From the IMG/VR virus record IMGVR_UViG_3300014913_000017, positions 1-52,300 of that record: a stretch of DNA of 52,300 bases; one strand, 5' to 3'. The notes beneath the pieces were generated by a model. That model saw only the letters and a list, made by a program, of their open reading frames with translations, did no database searches and was not told the DNA's origin. Both the position numbers and the translations under genes were made by a program. Shown piece after piece: positions 1 to 8,881 of the stretch. This DNA comes from a virus (Duplodnaviria; Caudoviricetes). Every line of letters begins with the position of its first letter. Positions within the stretch are counted from its first letter, which is position 1.

Positions 1-981
1 GTCAACACCGTGGGCAAGCCGTTCAATGAAGCGGAGGCGGACGTGTTGAAGTATTGGGACGATCGCCTCCCCGCTGAAAAAACGGACTGGGCCACGTTCC
101 TGAATGACAACAAGGATCTGGATCCCGGGAGGCGTGTAGATTTTGAAAAGCTGGCCCGCAAGTTTGTGAAGGACACGGGGAAGGGGACGGCCAAGGGAGG
201 GTGGGGTACACCCGAAACCGCCCACCGCTTTGTCAAGGGCACCACGGCGGTGAAGAAAAACGCCATGCCCACGATCGATGGGAAGCGGGCCGGGACTAAG
301 GCCATGCACCCAGTACAACTGGCGAATGGAAAAACCAAATACCCATCAGACTACAGGGAGGCCAACAAGATCCAGCGGGAGGTCAACTCATGGGTGGACA
401 TGGACACGATCGCGGAGCGTGGTGTCCAACGCGCCCGGGGTGACAAGCTGTTGGCCGAATCCTGGCACCCCAAAAACCAGCGGTTGACGCTGTGGTGGTC
501 CAAGCGGCAAGGGATCGGTGGATTCTATTCCGGAAGCCATGCCCGGCACCTGAGTGACACCACCATGTCCGCCAAGTGGCGCACCAAGCGGAGGCAATTC
601 CAGGCCATGAAGTCCATCAACGATCGGGCCCTGAAAGGGGAGGCCGGGTTCGATGCGTTCAAGTATGACGTGGCCCACGAGTGCGGACACGTGCTCCAGG
701 AAATGAACCCCAACGCCAACCACCTGGGCATGGCGATCATGAAGCGGAGGATCAAGGACACCGGGGCCAGGAAAGTGTGGAACCCCAACGGGCAATACTG
801 GCATTATCCGGACACCAGATCCGTGACCAATTACACCTCCGCCACTTACAACGGCTGGCCACCAGGCATTGAATATCCCTCGGAAGGCGTGGCCCAGTTT
901 TGGAAAAACCCCATGCAACTATTCGAGGCGGACCCGGAGCATTTCTTCTATATCACTTCACTGATGCGTGGGGGGATGTGA
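1..981 (+). CDS. 5'-truncated probable minor head/MuF-type protein with C-terminal zincin metallopeptidase (toxin-like) domain
   Basis: Frame open from base 1. HEXXH motif (VAHECGH), downstream Glu (IEYPSEG) and C-terminal DPEHFFYI. Lies directly upstream of scaffold/protease/capsid genes, the usual MuF position. The MuF domain itself is outside the window. Confidence 0.6.
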   Translation, partial: VNTVGKPFNEAEADVLKYWDDRLPAEKTDWATFLNDNKDLDPGRRVDFEKLARKFVKDTGKGTAKGGWGTPETAHRFVKGTTAVKKNAMPTIDGKRAGTKAMHPVQLANGKTKYPSDYREANKIQREVNSWVDMDTIAERGVQRARGDKLLAESWHPKNQRLTLWWSKRQGIGGFYSGSHARHLSDTTMSAKWRTKRRQFQAMKSINDRALKGEAGFDAFKYDVAHECGHVLQEMNPNANHLGMAIMKRRIKDTGARKVWNPNGQYWHYPDTRSVTNYTSATYNGWPPGIEYPSEGVAQFWKNPMQLFEADPEHFFYITSLMRGGM

Positions 982-1331
982 TGGCGATTGTTTCCACTGG
1001 CTGGTTGACCTTGGACGGCAAGGATCGATTGAAGGTCACGCTTTCAGATCGTGGCAAGCTGTCATTCAGTGGGGACGGTCCATCCGACTGGGCCAACGTG
1101 GTGCTGGAGGAGTATGGGGATTTCATGGTGTACGCCAATGGCGGTTCCACCCACCTGTTGCCCGTGACCCCGGCCACGTTCCCTGATTTTCTCAACAAGG
1201 TGGCCACCCTCGCATGGCGCAACCTGGAGGTGGATTGGAAATGGCGGGTGGAGGAGGGGGACGTGCGGCCGGACATCGGATCCCCGTCCAACCTGGAGGG
1301 GGAAATCCCCGATCGGTCCGGATGGTACTGA
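981..1331 (+). CDS. small hypothetical protein, candidate immunity partner of the upstream metallopeptidase
   Basis: ATG at 981 overlaps the upstream stop (TGATG coupling). 116 aa starting MAIVSTGWLT. Immunity role inferred from context only. Confidence 0.55.
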   Translation: MAIVSTGWLTLDGKDRLKVTLSDRGKLSFSGDGPSDWANVVLEEYGDFMVYANGGSTHLLPVTPATFPDFLNKVATLAWRNLEVDWKWRVEEGDVRPDIGSPSNLEGEIPDRSGWY

Positions 1332-1341
1332 GGCCCGCACG

Positions 1342-1371
1342 TTGACACGCGGGGAGGGCGCGTGATAGTTT
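1342..1371 (+). promoter_or_regulatory. sigma70-type promoter TTGACA-N18-TAGTTT with TGn extended -10
   Basis: Perfect -35 in an intergenic gap, followed by SD GGAGGT before ATG 1412. Same architecture recurs at 10714, 15220 and 16227. Confidence 0.6.
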
Positions 1372-1411
1372 TCGAGCATTCATACACAGGTACATCCACG
1401 GAGGTGGCAAA

Positions 1412-2326
1412 ATGACCACGGAACAGGATCAGGGACAGGAACCCACGGCCCCGGAGGGAACGCCCACGGAACCCGCCACGGAGCCCACGGCCCCGGACGC
1501 CACGCCTCCGGAGGGTGATGCCACGGACGTGGACAAGGGCAAGCCCCCGTTCCCCCCGCCCAAGCCCAAGCCGGGTGAGGAGGAGGAGGACATGAGCAAG
1601 GCCGCCGGGAAGGTGGAGGCCGGGCTCAAGTCGATCGCCCAACGCGCCAACGCGGCGCTGGCCCAGATCAAGGACGGCAAGGTACCGCCCTCCGTCATGG
1701 CCATGGTCATGGGGATCGCGGCGGACGCCAAGGCGCTGGCCGGGAAGGCCGACACCACTAAGGCGGAACAGGAGTTCAACGCGGACCAGTTCAACGCCTG
1801 GGTTCAGGCGGAAACGGCCGCGATCATGGCGGAGCCGGACGATCTCATGAAGGCCCTCCGCACCCAGTCCCTGGGTGAGTCCGTCCAGGAATTCCGCAAG
1901 GCGGTGTCCAGCCTGGAGGACAAGGTGGCGGGCACCGTCAAGGTCAAGGTGTTCATGGATCCCATGAGGGGCGCGGCGGAACCCACGCCTCCCAAAACCG
2001 TGAAGTTCCCCGGGACGCCCGGCAAGCCCAAGGGCGTCATGAAGGGTGAGGACCAGGACGGTGGCGATCCGGCCCCGGACGCGGAACCCCCGGCCACGGA
2101 CGATCCCCCCGCGGAGCCCCCCGCGGAGCCCGTCACCAAGGGTGACCCGGAGCCCATGGACGACGGCATGGACGACGGGGACTGGCCCATGGACATGGGC
2201 ACCCCGCCCACCAAGGTGGGGAAGGCCGCGGACGCCGCACAGGTGGACGTGGTGAACCGGAGGCCCGGAATGATCGGGGACATGAACACGGCGGAAGACA
2301 CCCTCGACAGCACCCCGGACAAGTAA
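1412..2326 (+). CDS. acidic, Pro-rich scaffold-like head protein 1
   Basis: Good SD, low-complexity acidic ends, helical core. Shares VTKGD...DWPMDM with the 6177..7769 protein. Confidence 0.6.
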   Translation: MTTEQDQGQEPTAPEGTPTEPATEPTAPDATPPEGDATDVDKGKPPFPPPKPKPGEEEEDMSKAAGKVEAGLKSIAQRANAALAQIKDGKVPPSVMAMVMGIAADAKALAGKADTTKAEQEFNADQFNAWVQAETAAIMAEPDDLMKALRTQSLGESVQEFRKAVSSLEDKVAGTVKVKVFMDPMRGAAEPTPPKTVKFPGTPGKPKGVMKGEDQDGGDPAPDAEPPATDDPPAEPPAEPVTKGDPEPMDDGMDDGDWPMDMGTPPTKVGKAADAAQVDVVNRRPGMIGDMNTAEDTLDSTPDK

Positions 2327-2389
2327 CCCAGTTAAGCGGCCACCGTTGCATGGTCACACCTGGCGGTGGCCCGCCAGGAGGCCAAGGCA

Positions 2390-5300
2390 ATGCCCGCTGA
2401 TCACGCACCCACCCACGGAATTTTCCTCCCATCCAAGCTGATCAAGATCCTGGCGGAAGGCCGGGGCCTGGTCCTGTTGTCCCCGGAGGATCGGATGTAC
2501 GATCCGGCCACCACGTACCTGGCGGTGGACACTGGATCGGTGGTGGGCACCATCACCCCAGGCGTGGGAACGTCCATGCCTGTGGCGGAAGCTGTGAAGC
2601 AATCCCACGGGTACAAGCCCGGGGGCATGGCCAAGCGTTGGCCGGACGCGGAATCACTCACGGTGTGGCCCGTCGAGTTTTCCCCGCTGGTGGACCGTGT
2701 GCCCCTGGCCGTCCTGGGGTCCATGGAATACGGGGAGGTGTTCAAGGTGAGCCTGGACGCCCCCGTGGTGACCATGGGCGCGGAGGCCGTCGAGGCGGTC
2801 CGGGAGGCCAAGCGTGGGGCCCGCGCCTGGGCCCAGGGCGTGGCCGGATTCCTGGCGGACGTGGAGGGCCACGTGGGCCCCGGGACAGGTGCCCTCCTGG
2901 GCGCAATGCCCCGCGCCAGCCAGGGCCTCCAGGATGCCCTGAAATCGATCGCAGTCCAGGGGGGTACAAGGGCCCCCGTTTCCGATTTCGCGGGCATGGT
3001 GGACAAGCTGGGCCCCATGGTGGACAAGCTGGCCCAAGCCCTCCCGGAAGGTGACCTCCGGGACGCCATGGAAGCCCGGGCCAGCTACCTGGACGCCCTG
3101 GCCGTGGCTGTCCGGTATGCCAAGGCCAGCCTCCCCGCGTTGAAGCTGCCGGATCCGCTGTGGGTGGTGAAGCGGTTGGGCGCGGACAAGGAGGCCGGGT
3201 TCCTGAGTGAACAGCCCCAGGCCAGCCGTGTGGACCGTGACCAGTACCTGGTCAATGATGTGCTGGCCAAGGAGGGCACCGTGTACGGGCGTCCATTCGC
3301 ATGGGCGATCGTTCGCACGGGTGAGCCCCTCCAGGTGGACCACGCGGACCTGGACCGCCTCCCCGTGGACAAGTCCACGCGGGCAGAGTGGCGGGACCGC
3401 ACGGGGAACAACGCCTGGCACATCCCGATCAAGCTGGTGCGGGAACTGGATCCCCCGGTGGAACTGCGGGACGCACCTCCCGGGGATCGGTTTGCTTCCG
3501 GGCTGGACCTGGTGGCGGAAGCTGTCACCAAGGTGGACCTCCCCGATCCCACGGACCTCCGCACGTTGAAGCCCGCCGCCCTCCAGGCTGTACATGATGA
3601 ACTGGTGGCGGAATGGGAGGCGCGGTACCAGGGATCCGATCAGGTGCAAGGCCGGGAGGATCTGGTCAACGCGATCCTGTTCACTCGCCAGGAATACGAT
3701 CGGCGCGGGATGGACGCCCCCCAGGTTCCCGGTGAACTGGACACGGAACTGGGCGCACTGATCGGGGTGAAGCAAGCCCAGGCGGTGGAGGACACCACGG
3801 GCACCAGGCCCCCGATCACGCTGGCCCAGGTGCTGGACGGAATGAAGAAATCGATCACCCTCCGCCGTGGGGTGGTCACGGTCACGGGCCCGGTGTGCGG
3901 ACAGGGTGCCACACGCAATGACGTGGACCTGGTGATCCAGGGCCCCATGGACGGCGGGCTCCGCAAGGCGTTGGAATCGAGGCTGGGCGGATCCTTCCCG
4001 GCAACGATCAGTCCCCGGCTGAGTTTCCAGCATGACCCGGAACTGATCGGACCGTTCACCGATCACGTGGAGGCATTTGACCTGGTGCTGGCCCCGCGTG
4101 ATCACCATGACGTGGTGGAACTGCGGGCGGTGGAAAAGGCGGGTGATCCCCTCCTGGATATGCCTGCGAAACGTGGACCACGGCAAGCGGTCCTCCAGTA
4201 CCACTGGCGTGGGAAAACCCTCCACGCGGACCTCCGCATGAAGGTGGGATCGGATTTCCTGGTGGGCTGGACCCTGATGCTACAGAAACCAGGGATCCCC
4301 CAACCGGACACGATCGCCCAGGCCAAGGAAATGGCGGGGACGTTCAACCCGGACGGCGGGAAGTACAACAAGGACATGGTGGCACCGGAGGCCGTCCAGG
4401 CCGTCCCGAAAAAGCGGCAACCCGTCGAGTGGTTGCACATGGAAGGTGAAGCGATCGAACCTGGGGAGGTGGGCGCAACCACCAACCTCCCGGGCTTCAT
4501 TGTCGAGATCCCCGGCGGTCCCGATTTCGCGGAACTGGGAATCCAGGGCCCCGCGTTCCATGAATACTTTTTGACGGGTGGATCGAAGCTGATCGGGAGG
4601 CTCATGTTCCGGCAGTTGCCCGGCCGTGATGGTGGGGATCCATTCTGGCGGGCGATCGTTTCCAAGGAACACCTCCCCTCCGTCCTGGATCGGCGGGCGG
4701 TGCGGACAAAGGCCATGCCCCCGGATGGGTACTCATGGATCCCCACGTCCCTGGAACGGGTGACGCCCAAGGAGTTCAGGTACTGGGAACACAAGGGGGA
4801 GGAGGCGCGGAAGATCCGGGACGCCCTGGTGGCTGATCGTTTCTTCACCAAGGACAACGTGAAGATCGTCAACGGGCAGTTTGCCCGCGTCGATTCCACG
4901 CGCAAGTACACGCTGTTTGTGCCGGACGGCATGGACGCGGGCGCGGTGGTGAAGCCCGCACCCAAGTGGGACTGGGTGCTGTCACACCAGGTGTGGAAAG
5001 GCCAACAGGGAACCACGCGGGAGGTGTGGCGTTTCGGCCTGGTGAGACACACCCAGCCGATCCAGTTTGAACTGACCACGGATCCCGTGGCCACGCCTTC
5101 CGTGCCCGCGGTCATGAAACGGTTGAAGGGGAGGGCCCTGTGGGATCTGAACGGTGAAGTGGAACGGGGCCGTGAGTACGGCGGGGACGTGTTCAACGAT
5201 ACCGCCTCCACGCCTTCCCTGATCACCCAGGTGGACAAGGGCACCGCCACGATCCTGGAGGAGGCACCAGGCCGGATCCTGTTGCGCCTCCGTGGTGACA

Positions 5301-6172
5301 GTGTGCGGGGCGTGTTCGCACTCGACGCGGAGGAGGAGGGATCCTCCCAGTGGATGTTGACCAGGACGGAAGGCCAACAGCCCCAGGTGGAAAAGGAGGA
5401 ACCCGTCGAGGAGGAGGCCAAGCCGGAACCGCGCCAGATCGCGGTCAAGGTGGTGGACGGCATGGACCTGGTGGTGGGCCCAGTCAAGGATCCAACCACG
5501 TGGAGGGACGTGATCAAGGTGGGGGAGGATCACTGGGTGACAGTTGGATCCGTTGGCGCGGACACCGGGGCCAAGCCTGGTGACGTGATCGTGATCGATG
5601 CGGACGCGGTGGGATATGAACGGGACGCGGTGGGCAAGCAACGCCTCCAGTGTGGTGGATCGATCGCCACCGCTGGCGCGTCCGTTCCCTTCACCACGGA
5701 ACAGGTGCTGGACCTCCTGGAGGGCGGTGAATTCAACAAGTACGTTGACACTGTGATCGGCAACCTGTTAAAAATCGTAAAGGCCGAACAGGACGCCACG
5801 GCCGATCGTTGCTTTGTTTTCGGGGAGGTTCTAGTCCCCAACATTGGAACCACGGAAGGCGAGGACAGCCAGGGTGACACGTACACGGTGCATGATGTCG
5901 AGGAGGCGTGTTATTCGTTCATGCGTCACGGCCACCGCCACGGCCTCATGCACTCGCAATTCATTGACGGCAAGGTCACCCTCCTGGAAAACTACCTGGC
6001 ACCCATGGACATGACGTTGAAAGATCAGGACGGAGACGAACGCACCATCCCCAGGGGAACCTGGCTGATGAAATGCGAGATCATCGATCCCGATCTGAAA
6101 CAGGCCGTGCGGTCCGGGGACCTGACAGGGTTCAGCGTGGGTGGATCTGGCGTCCGCACCCGGGTAAGGTAA
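2390..6172 (+). CDS. multidomain polyprotein with C-terminal XkdF-like (peptidase S78_2) prohead protease and N-terminal ASCH-like x2, nucleotidyltransferase-like and LigD-phosphoesterase-like x2 cargo domains
   Basis: C-terminus FVFGEVLVP..DSQGD..VEEACYSFM..GLMH..GTWLM..GDLTGFSVGG matches XkdF-type proteases. Internal VTVTGPVCGQGATRNDVDLVI (NTase-like) and VLQYHWRGKTLHADLRM (LigD PE-like). SD AGGAGG favours ATG 2390 over GTG 2366. Confidence 0.75.
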   Translation: MPADHAPTHGIFLPSKLIKILAEGRGLVLLSPEDRMYDPATTYLAVDTGSVVGTITPGVGTSMPVAEAVKQSHGYKPGGMAKRWPDAESLTVWPVEFSPLVDRVPLAVLGSMEYGEVFKVSLDAPVVTMGAEAVEAVREAKRGARAWAQGVAGFLADVEGHVGPGTGALLGAMPRASQGLQDALKSIAVQGGTRAPVSDFAGMVDKLGPMVDKLAQALPEGDLRDAMEARASYLDALAVAVRYAKASLPALKLPDPLWVVKRLGADKEAGFLSEQPQASRVDRDQYLVNDVLAKEGTVYGRPFAWAIVRTGEPLQVDHADLDRLPVDKSTRAEWRDRTGNNAWHIPIKLVRELDPPVELRDAPPGDRFASGLDLVAEAVTKVDLPDPTDLRTLKPAALQAVHDELVAEWEARYQGSDQVQGREDLVNAILFTRQEYDRRGMDAPQVPGELDTELGALIGVKQAQAVEDTTGTRPPITLAQVLDGMKKSITLRRGVVTVTGPVCGQGATRNDVDLVIQGPMDGGLRKALESRLGGSFPATISPRLSFQHDPELIGPFTDHVEAFDLVLAPRDHHDVVELRAVEKAGDPLLDMPAKRGPRQAVLQYHWRGKTLHADLRMKVGSDFLVGWTLMLQKPGIPQPDTIAQAKEMAGTFNPDGGKYNKDMVAPEAVQAVPKKRQPVEWLHMEGEAIEPGEVGATTNLPGFIVEIPGGPDFAELGIQGPAFHEYFLTGGSKLIGRLMFRQLPGRDGGDPFWRAIVSKEHLPSVLDRRAVRTKAMPPDGYSWIPTSLERVTPKEFRYWEHKGEEARKIRDALVADRFFTKDNVKIVNGQFARVDSTRKYTLFVPDGMDAGAVVKPAPKWDWVLSHQVWKGQQGTTREVWRFGLVRHTQPIQFELTTDPVATPSVPAVMKRLKGRALWDLNGEVERGREYGGDVFNDTASTPSLITQVDKGTATILEEAPGRILLRLRGDSVRGVFALDAEEEGSSQWMLTRTEGQQPQVEKEEPVEEEAKPEPRQIAVKVVDGMDLVVGPVKDPTTWRDVIKVGEDHWVTVGSVGADTGAKPGDVIVIDADAVGYERDAVGKQRLQCGGSIATAGASVPFTTEQVLDLLEGGEFNKYVDTVIGNLLKIVKAEQDATADRCFVFGEVLVPNIGTTEGEDSQGDTYTVHDVEEACYSFMRHGHRHGLMHSQFIDGKVTLLENYLAPMDMTLKDQDGDERTIPRGTWLMKCEIIDPDLKQAVRSGDLTGFSVGGSGVRTRVR

Positions 6173-6176
6173 GACC

Positions 6177-7769
6177 ATGAGCGCAACAGGCTTGAAGATC
6201 ACCAAGGGCAAGGACGGAACGTATCGCCTGACCTCCATGGACATCGGGGAGGTGAGCCTTGTTGATCGTGCCGCCAACAAACGGCGGTTCATTTTCGCCA
6301 AGCGGGAGGACACCATGAGCGGTGCAGAGTTGAAGGAAACCCAGGACGGATCCCTGGTGCTGGAAAAGGATCAGGGAACGGACACGGACACGGATCCCAC
6401 CGGGACGGATGACACGGGGGACGTGGCCAAGGGGATCGATCTGTCCGCGGCGAAAAAGGCGGAACTGGCCCCGCTGTCCCACAAGGTGGTGGAGGCCGCC
6501 TTGCACTTCCACAACCAGGTGGCGAGTGCCAAGGAGGTCAAGGAGGGTGCCGCGGTTCCCCAGTCACTGGTGGACGAGGGCAAGGCGTTGAAGGCGGCCC
6601 AGGGTGAACTGGACCGGGCCCTGTTCGGCACGGCGGAAGGTGAGGAGGCCACGGCCAGCGATACCGCGGGGGACGCGGACGTGGAGGACGGTGGTGCCGG
6701 ATCTGCCCCCCCGGCACAGCCGGACAAGGCCAAGGCCACCAAGGCGTTGACCACGGAGGAACGCAACAAGCTGCCGGACGCTGATTTCGCATTGCCCAAG
6801 GAACGGAAGTACCCGATCCCGGACATCAGCCATGCCCGCAACGCCCTGGCCCGTGTGGCCCAGTCCGGGACGGAAGCGGAACAGGCCCAGGTCCGCGCCG
6901 CGGTGGAACGCAAGTACCCGGAACTGAAAAAGGCGGACGGGGACACGGACGCCACGGCGGAAGGTGACACCCCGGACACGGACGCCACCCCGGACACGGA
7001 CGTGGACAAGGCCACCTCCACGCACCAGGCCCTCCTGGATGAAAAGGTGGCGGCCCTGGAAAAGATCCTGGGTGAAATCGTGGGCAAGGTGTCCACCATG
7101 GATCCGGAGGAACTGCGGGCCCGCATGAGCCAGGCGCGTGACATCATGTGGCACATGGAGGAGGCGGTGGACGTGGTGAGCGTGGGCAAGTGCGTGGACG
7201 CCCTGACGGACGCGGACCTGGAGGCCATGGCTTCCGGTGAACTGCCGGACACGCTGGCCAAGGTGGGGCGCAAGATGAGCGGCCGGAACCTGTCCAACTT
7301 CAACGGGGCCCTGGGCACCATCCGTGGCGAGTTGGAAAAGCTGTTCCAACTGTACCGGGCCCTCCTACCCCCGGAGCAACAAGGCAAGGCGGACGCCCTC
7401 CACAAGCGGCTGATCGAAGACATGGGCCTCCCGGAGGTCCCCGCGGACAACGCGGGCGGATCGTTCACGTGGCCGGAATCCCCGGCGGGAACGCTGCCTG
7501 ATGCTGCGGAGCCTGGCCCGGCCAAGGATGAACTGGCCCGGCTGGAAAAGCTGGCCAAGGTCAAGGAGGCGGAGGCCAAGGAACTGCGGGGCAAGCTGGC
7601 CAAGGCGGAAGCGGAAGCGGCCACGGTGCCTCCCCCGTCGAGTGGCCAGGCGGACGGCCCCCAGGCGGGCACCGTCACCAAGGGTGACAGCGGCGGTGAT
7701 GACGACTGGCCCATGGACATGAACATGAGCGAATACCGCCGGAAGGTTGCCTCCGGGGAAACAACCTGA
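6177..7769 (+). CDS. scaffold-like head protein 2 with N-terminal protease segment (EVSLVDRAAN) and DUF6582-like domain
   Basis: N-terminal RLTSMDIGEVSLVDRAANKRRF. ERNKLPDADFALPKERKYPIPDISHARNALAR resembles DUF6582. KVGRKMSGRNL motif, coiled coil and C-terminal DWPMDM. Immediately precedes the capsid gene. Confidence 0.7.
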   Translation: MSATGLKITKGKDGTYRLTSMDIGEVSLVDRAANKRRFIFAKREDTMSGAELKETQDGSLVLEKDQGTDTDTDPTGTDDTGDVAKGIDLSAAKKAELAPLSHKVVEAALHFHNQVASAKEVKEGAAVPQSLVDEGKALKAAQGELDRALFGTAEGEEATASDTAGDADVEDGGAGSAPPAQPDKAKATKALTTEERNKLPDADFALPKERKYPIPDISHARNALARVAQSGTEAEQAQVRAAVERKYPELKKADGDTDATAEGDTPDTDATPDTDVDKATSTHQALLDEKVAALEKILGEIVGKVSTMDPEELRARMSQARDIMWHMEEAVDVVSVGKCVDALTDADLEAMASGELPDTLAKVGRKMSGRNLSNFNGALGTIRGELEKLFQLYRALLPPEQQGKADALHKRLIEDMGLPEVPADNAGGSFTWPESPAGTLPDAAEPGPAKDELARLEKLAKVKEAEAKELRGKLAKAEAEAATVPPPSSGQADGPQAGTVTKGDSGGDDDWPMDMNMSEYRRKVASGETT

Positions 7770-7892
7770 TAAAAGGATCGAGAGCACCAACCGAAATGGC
7801 CACCAGGGCCACCAGTTAAACCGCAGAAAACCTGCCCTGGGTAGAACACGCAAGCATGGAATGTGTGACGTGAGTAACCAGGGAGGAACCCA

Positions 7893-8822
7893 ATGACAAA
7901 CGCGGAAGTGATCCGCAAGGCGGACATGGTGCTGAACGATCTCCTGACGGGAGGTGGTTTGCTGCAACCCGAACAGGCGCGGCGTTTCATGAGGCTGGCG
8001 ATCGATCGATCGGTCCTGCTGCCCATGACCTCCGTGATCCCCATGAAGCGGCCCAGCCTCCTGATCGACAAGATCAGGTTCGGGTCCAGGATCCTCCGTG
8101 CGGGCACGGAAGCCCAGGCCCTCCCCGTGGGTGAGAGGTCCAAGCCGGATCTGTCCCAGGTCCAACTGGACACCCACCTGATGCGGGCGGAGGTCCGGCT
8201 GTCCAGTGAGGTGTTGGAGGACAACATCGAACAGGCCAACTTCAAGGACACCCTGATCCAACTGATCGCGGAACGGGTGGCCCTGGACGTGGAGGATCTG
8301 CTGATCAACGGGGACACCGGATCGGCGGATCCCTTCTACGCCCAGTTCAACGGGCTCCTCCAGGCCATTTCCACGTACATCTATGACCACGGCGGCCTCC
8401 CGTACAGCAAGGTGGTCACCAAGTCCATGTTGAAGCTCATGCCCACGGAATTCCTCCAGGACCGTGCGGCCATGCGCGTGTTCTACTCACAGGACCAGGA
8501 CACGGACTACCGCGATCTGATCGCGGAGCGGGCCACCAACCTGGGTGATGACACGTTCAAGGGCAACCGCCCGATCGTCACCTACGGTGTCCCCCACGTG
8601 CCCGTGTCCAAGTTCCCGGAGACACTGGCCCCCGGCACCAGGTCCAACGCGGTGCTGGTGGATCCCAAGAACCTCCAGACCGGATGGTGGCGGCAGATCC
8701 AGATCGAAACCGCCAAGGACATCAGCGCGGGCGTCCTGATCATCGTGGTCACCCTCCGGATGGGATTCGTCCTGGCGGAGGAAACGGCGGCGGTCAAGGC
8801 GATCAACATCGACGTGGCCTAG
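7893..8822 (+). CDS. major capsid protein (HK97 fold)
   Basis: GGLLQPEQARRF, LSSEVLEDNIEQANF, VALDVEDLLINGDT and C-terminal EETAAVKA are typical of phage MCPs. SD GGAGG. Confidence 0.9.
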   Translation: MTNAEVIRKADMVLNDLLTGGGLLQPEQARRFMRLAIDRSVLLPMTSVIPMKRPSLLIDKIRFGSRILRAGTEAQALPVGERSKPDLSQVQLDTHLMRAEVRLSSEVLEDNIEQANFKDTLIQLIAERVALDVEDLLINGDTGSADPFYAQFNGLLQAISTYIYDHGGLPYSKVVTKSMLKLMPTEFLQDRAAMRVFYSQDQDTDYRDLIAERATNLGDDTFKGNRPIVTYGVPHVPVSKFPETLAPGTRSNAVLVDPKNLQTGWWRQIQIETAKDISAGVLIIVVTLRMGFVLAEETAAVKAINIDVA

Positions 8823-8829
8823 TACCTGA

Positions 8830-8843
8830 TCCCCGCAAGGGGA
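8830..8843 (+). terminator. GCAA-tetraloop hairpin after the capsid gene (stabiliser or weak terminator)
   Basis: TCCCC-GCAA-GGGGA just after the MCP stop, with no U-tract. Confidence 0.35.
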
Positions 8844-8881
8844 ACAGGACGGGTTCCACTCTGAACTAGAGGAGGATCGAC

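Noticed and set aside
6160-6180. Readthrough or frameshift fusing the protease ORF to the scaffold ORF
   Set aside because: Frames differ by +1, the downstream frame has a stop at 6165 leaving a very small shift window, and the second ORF has its own SD-like sequence. Separate translation is more likely.
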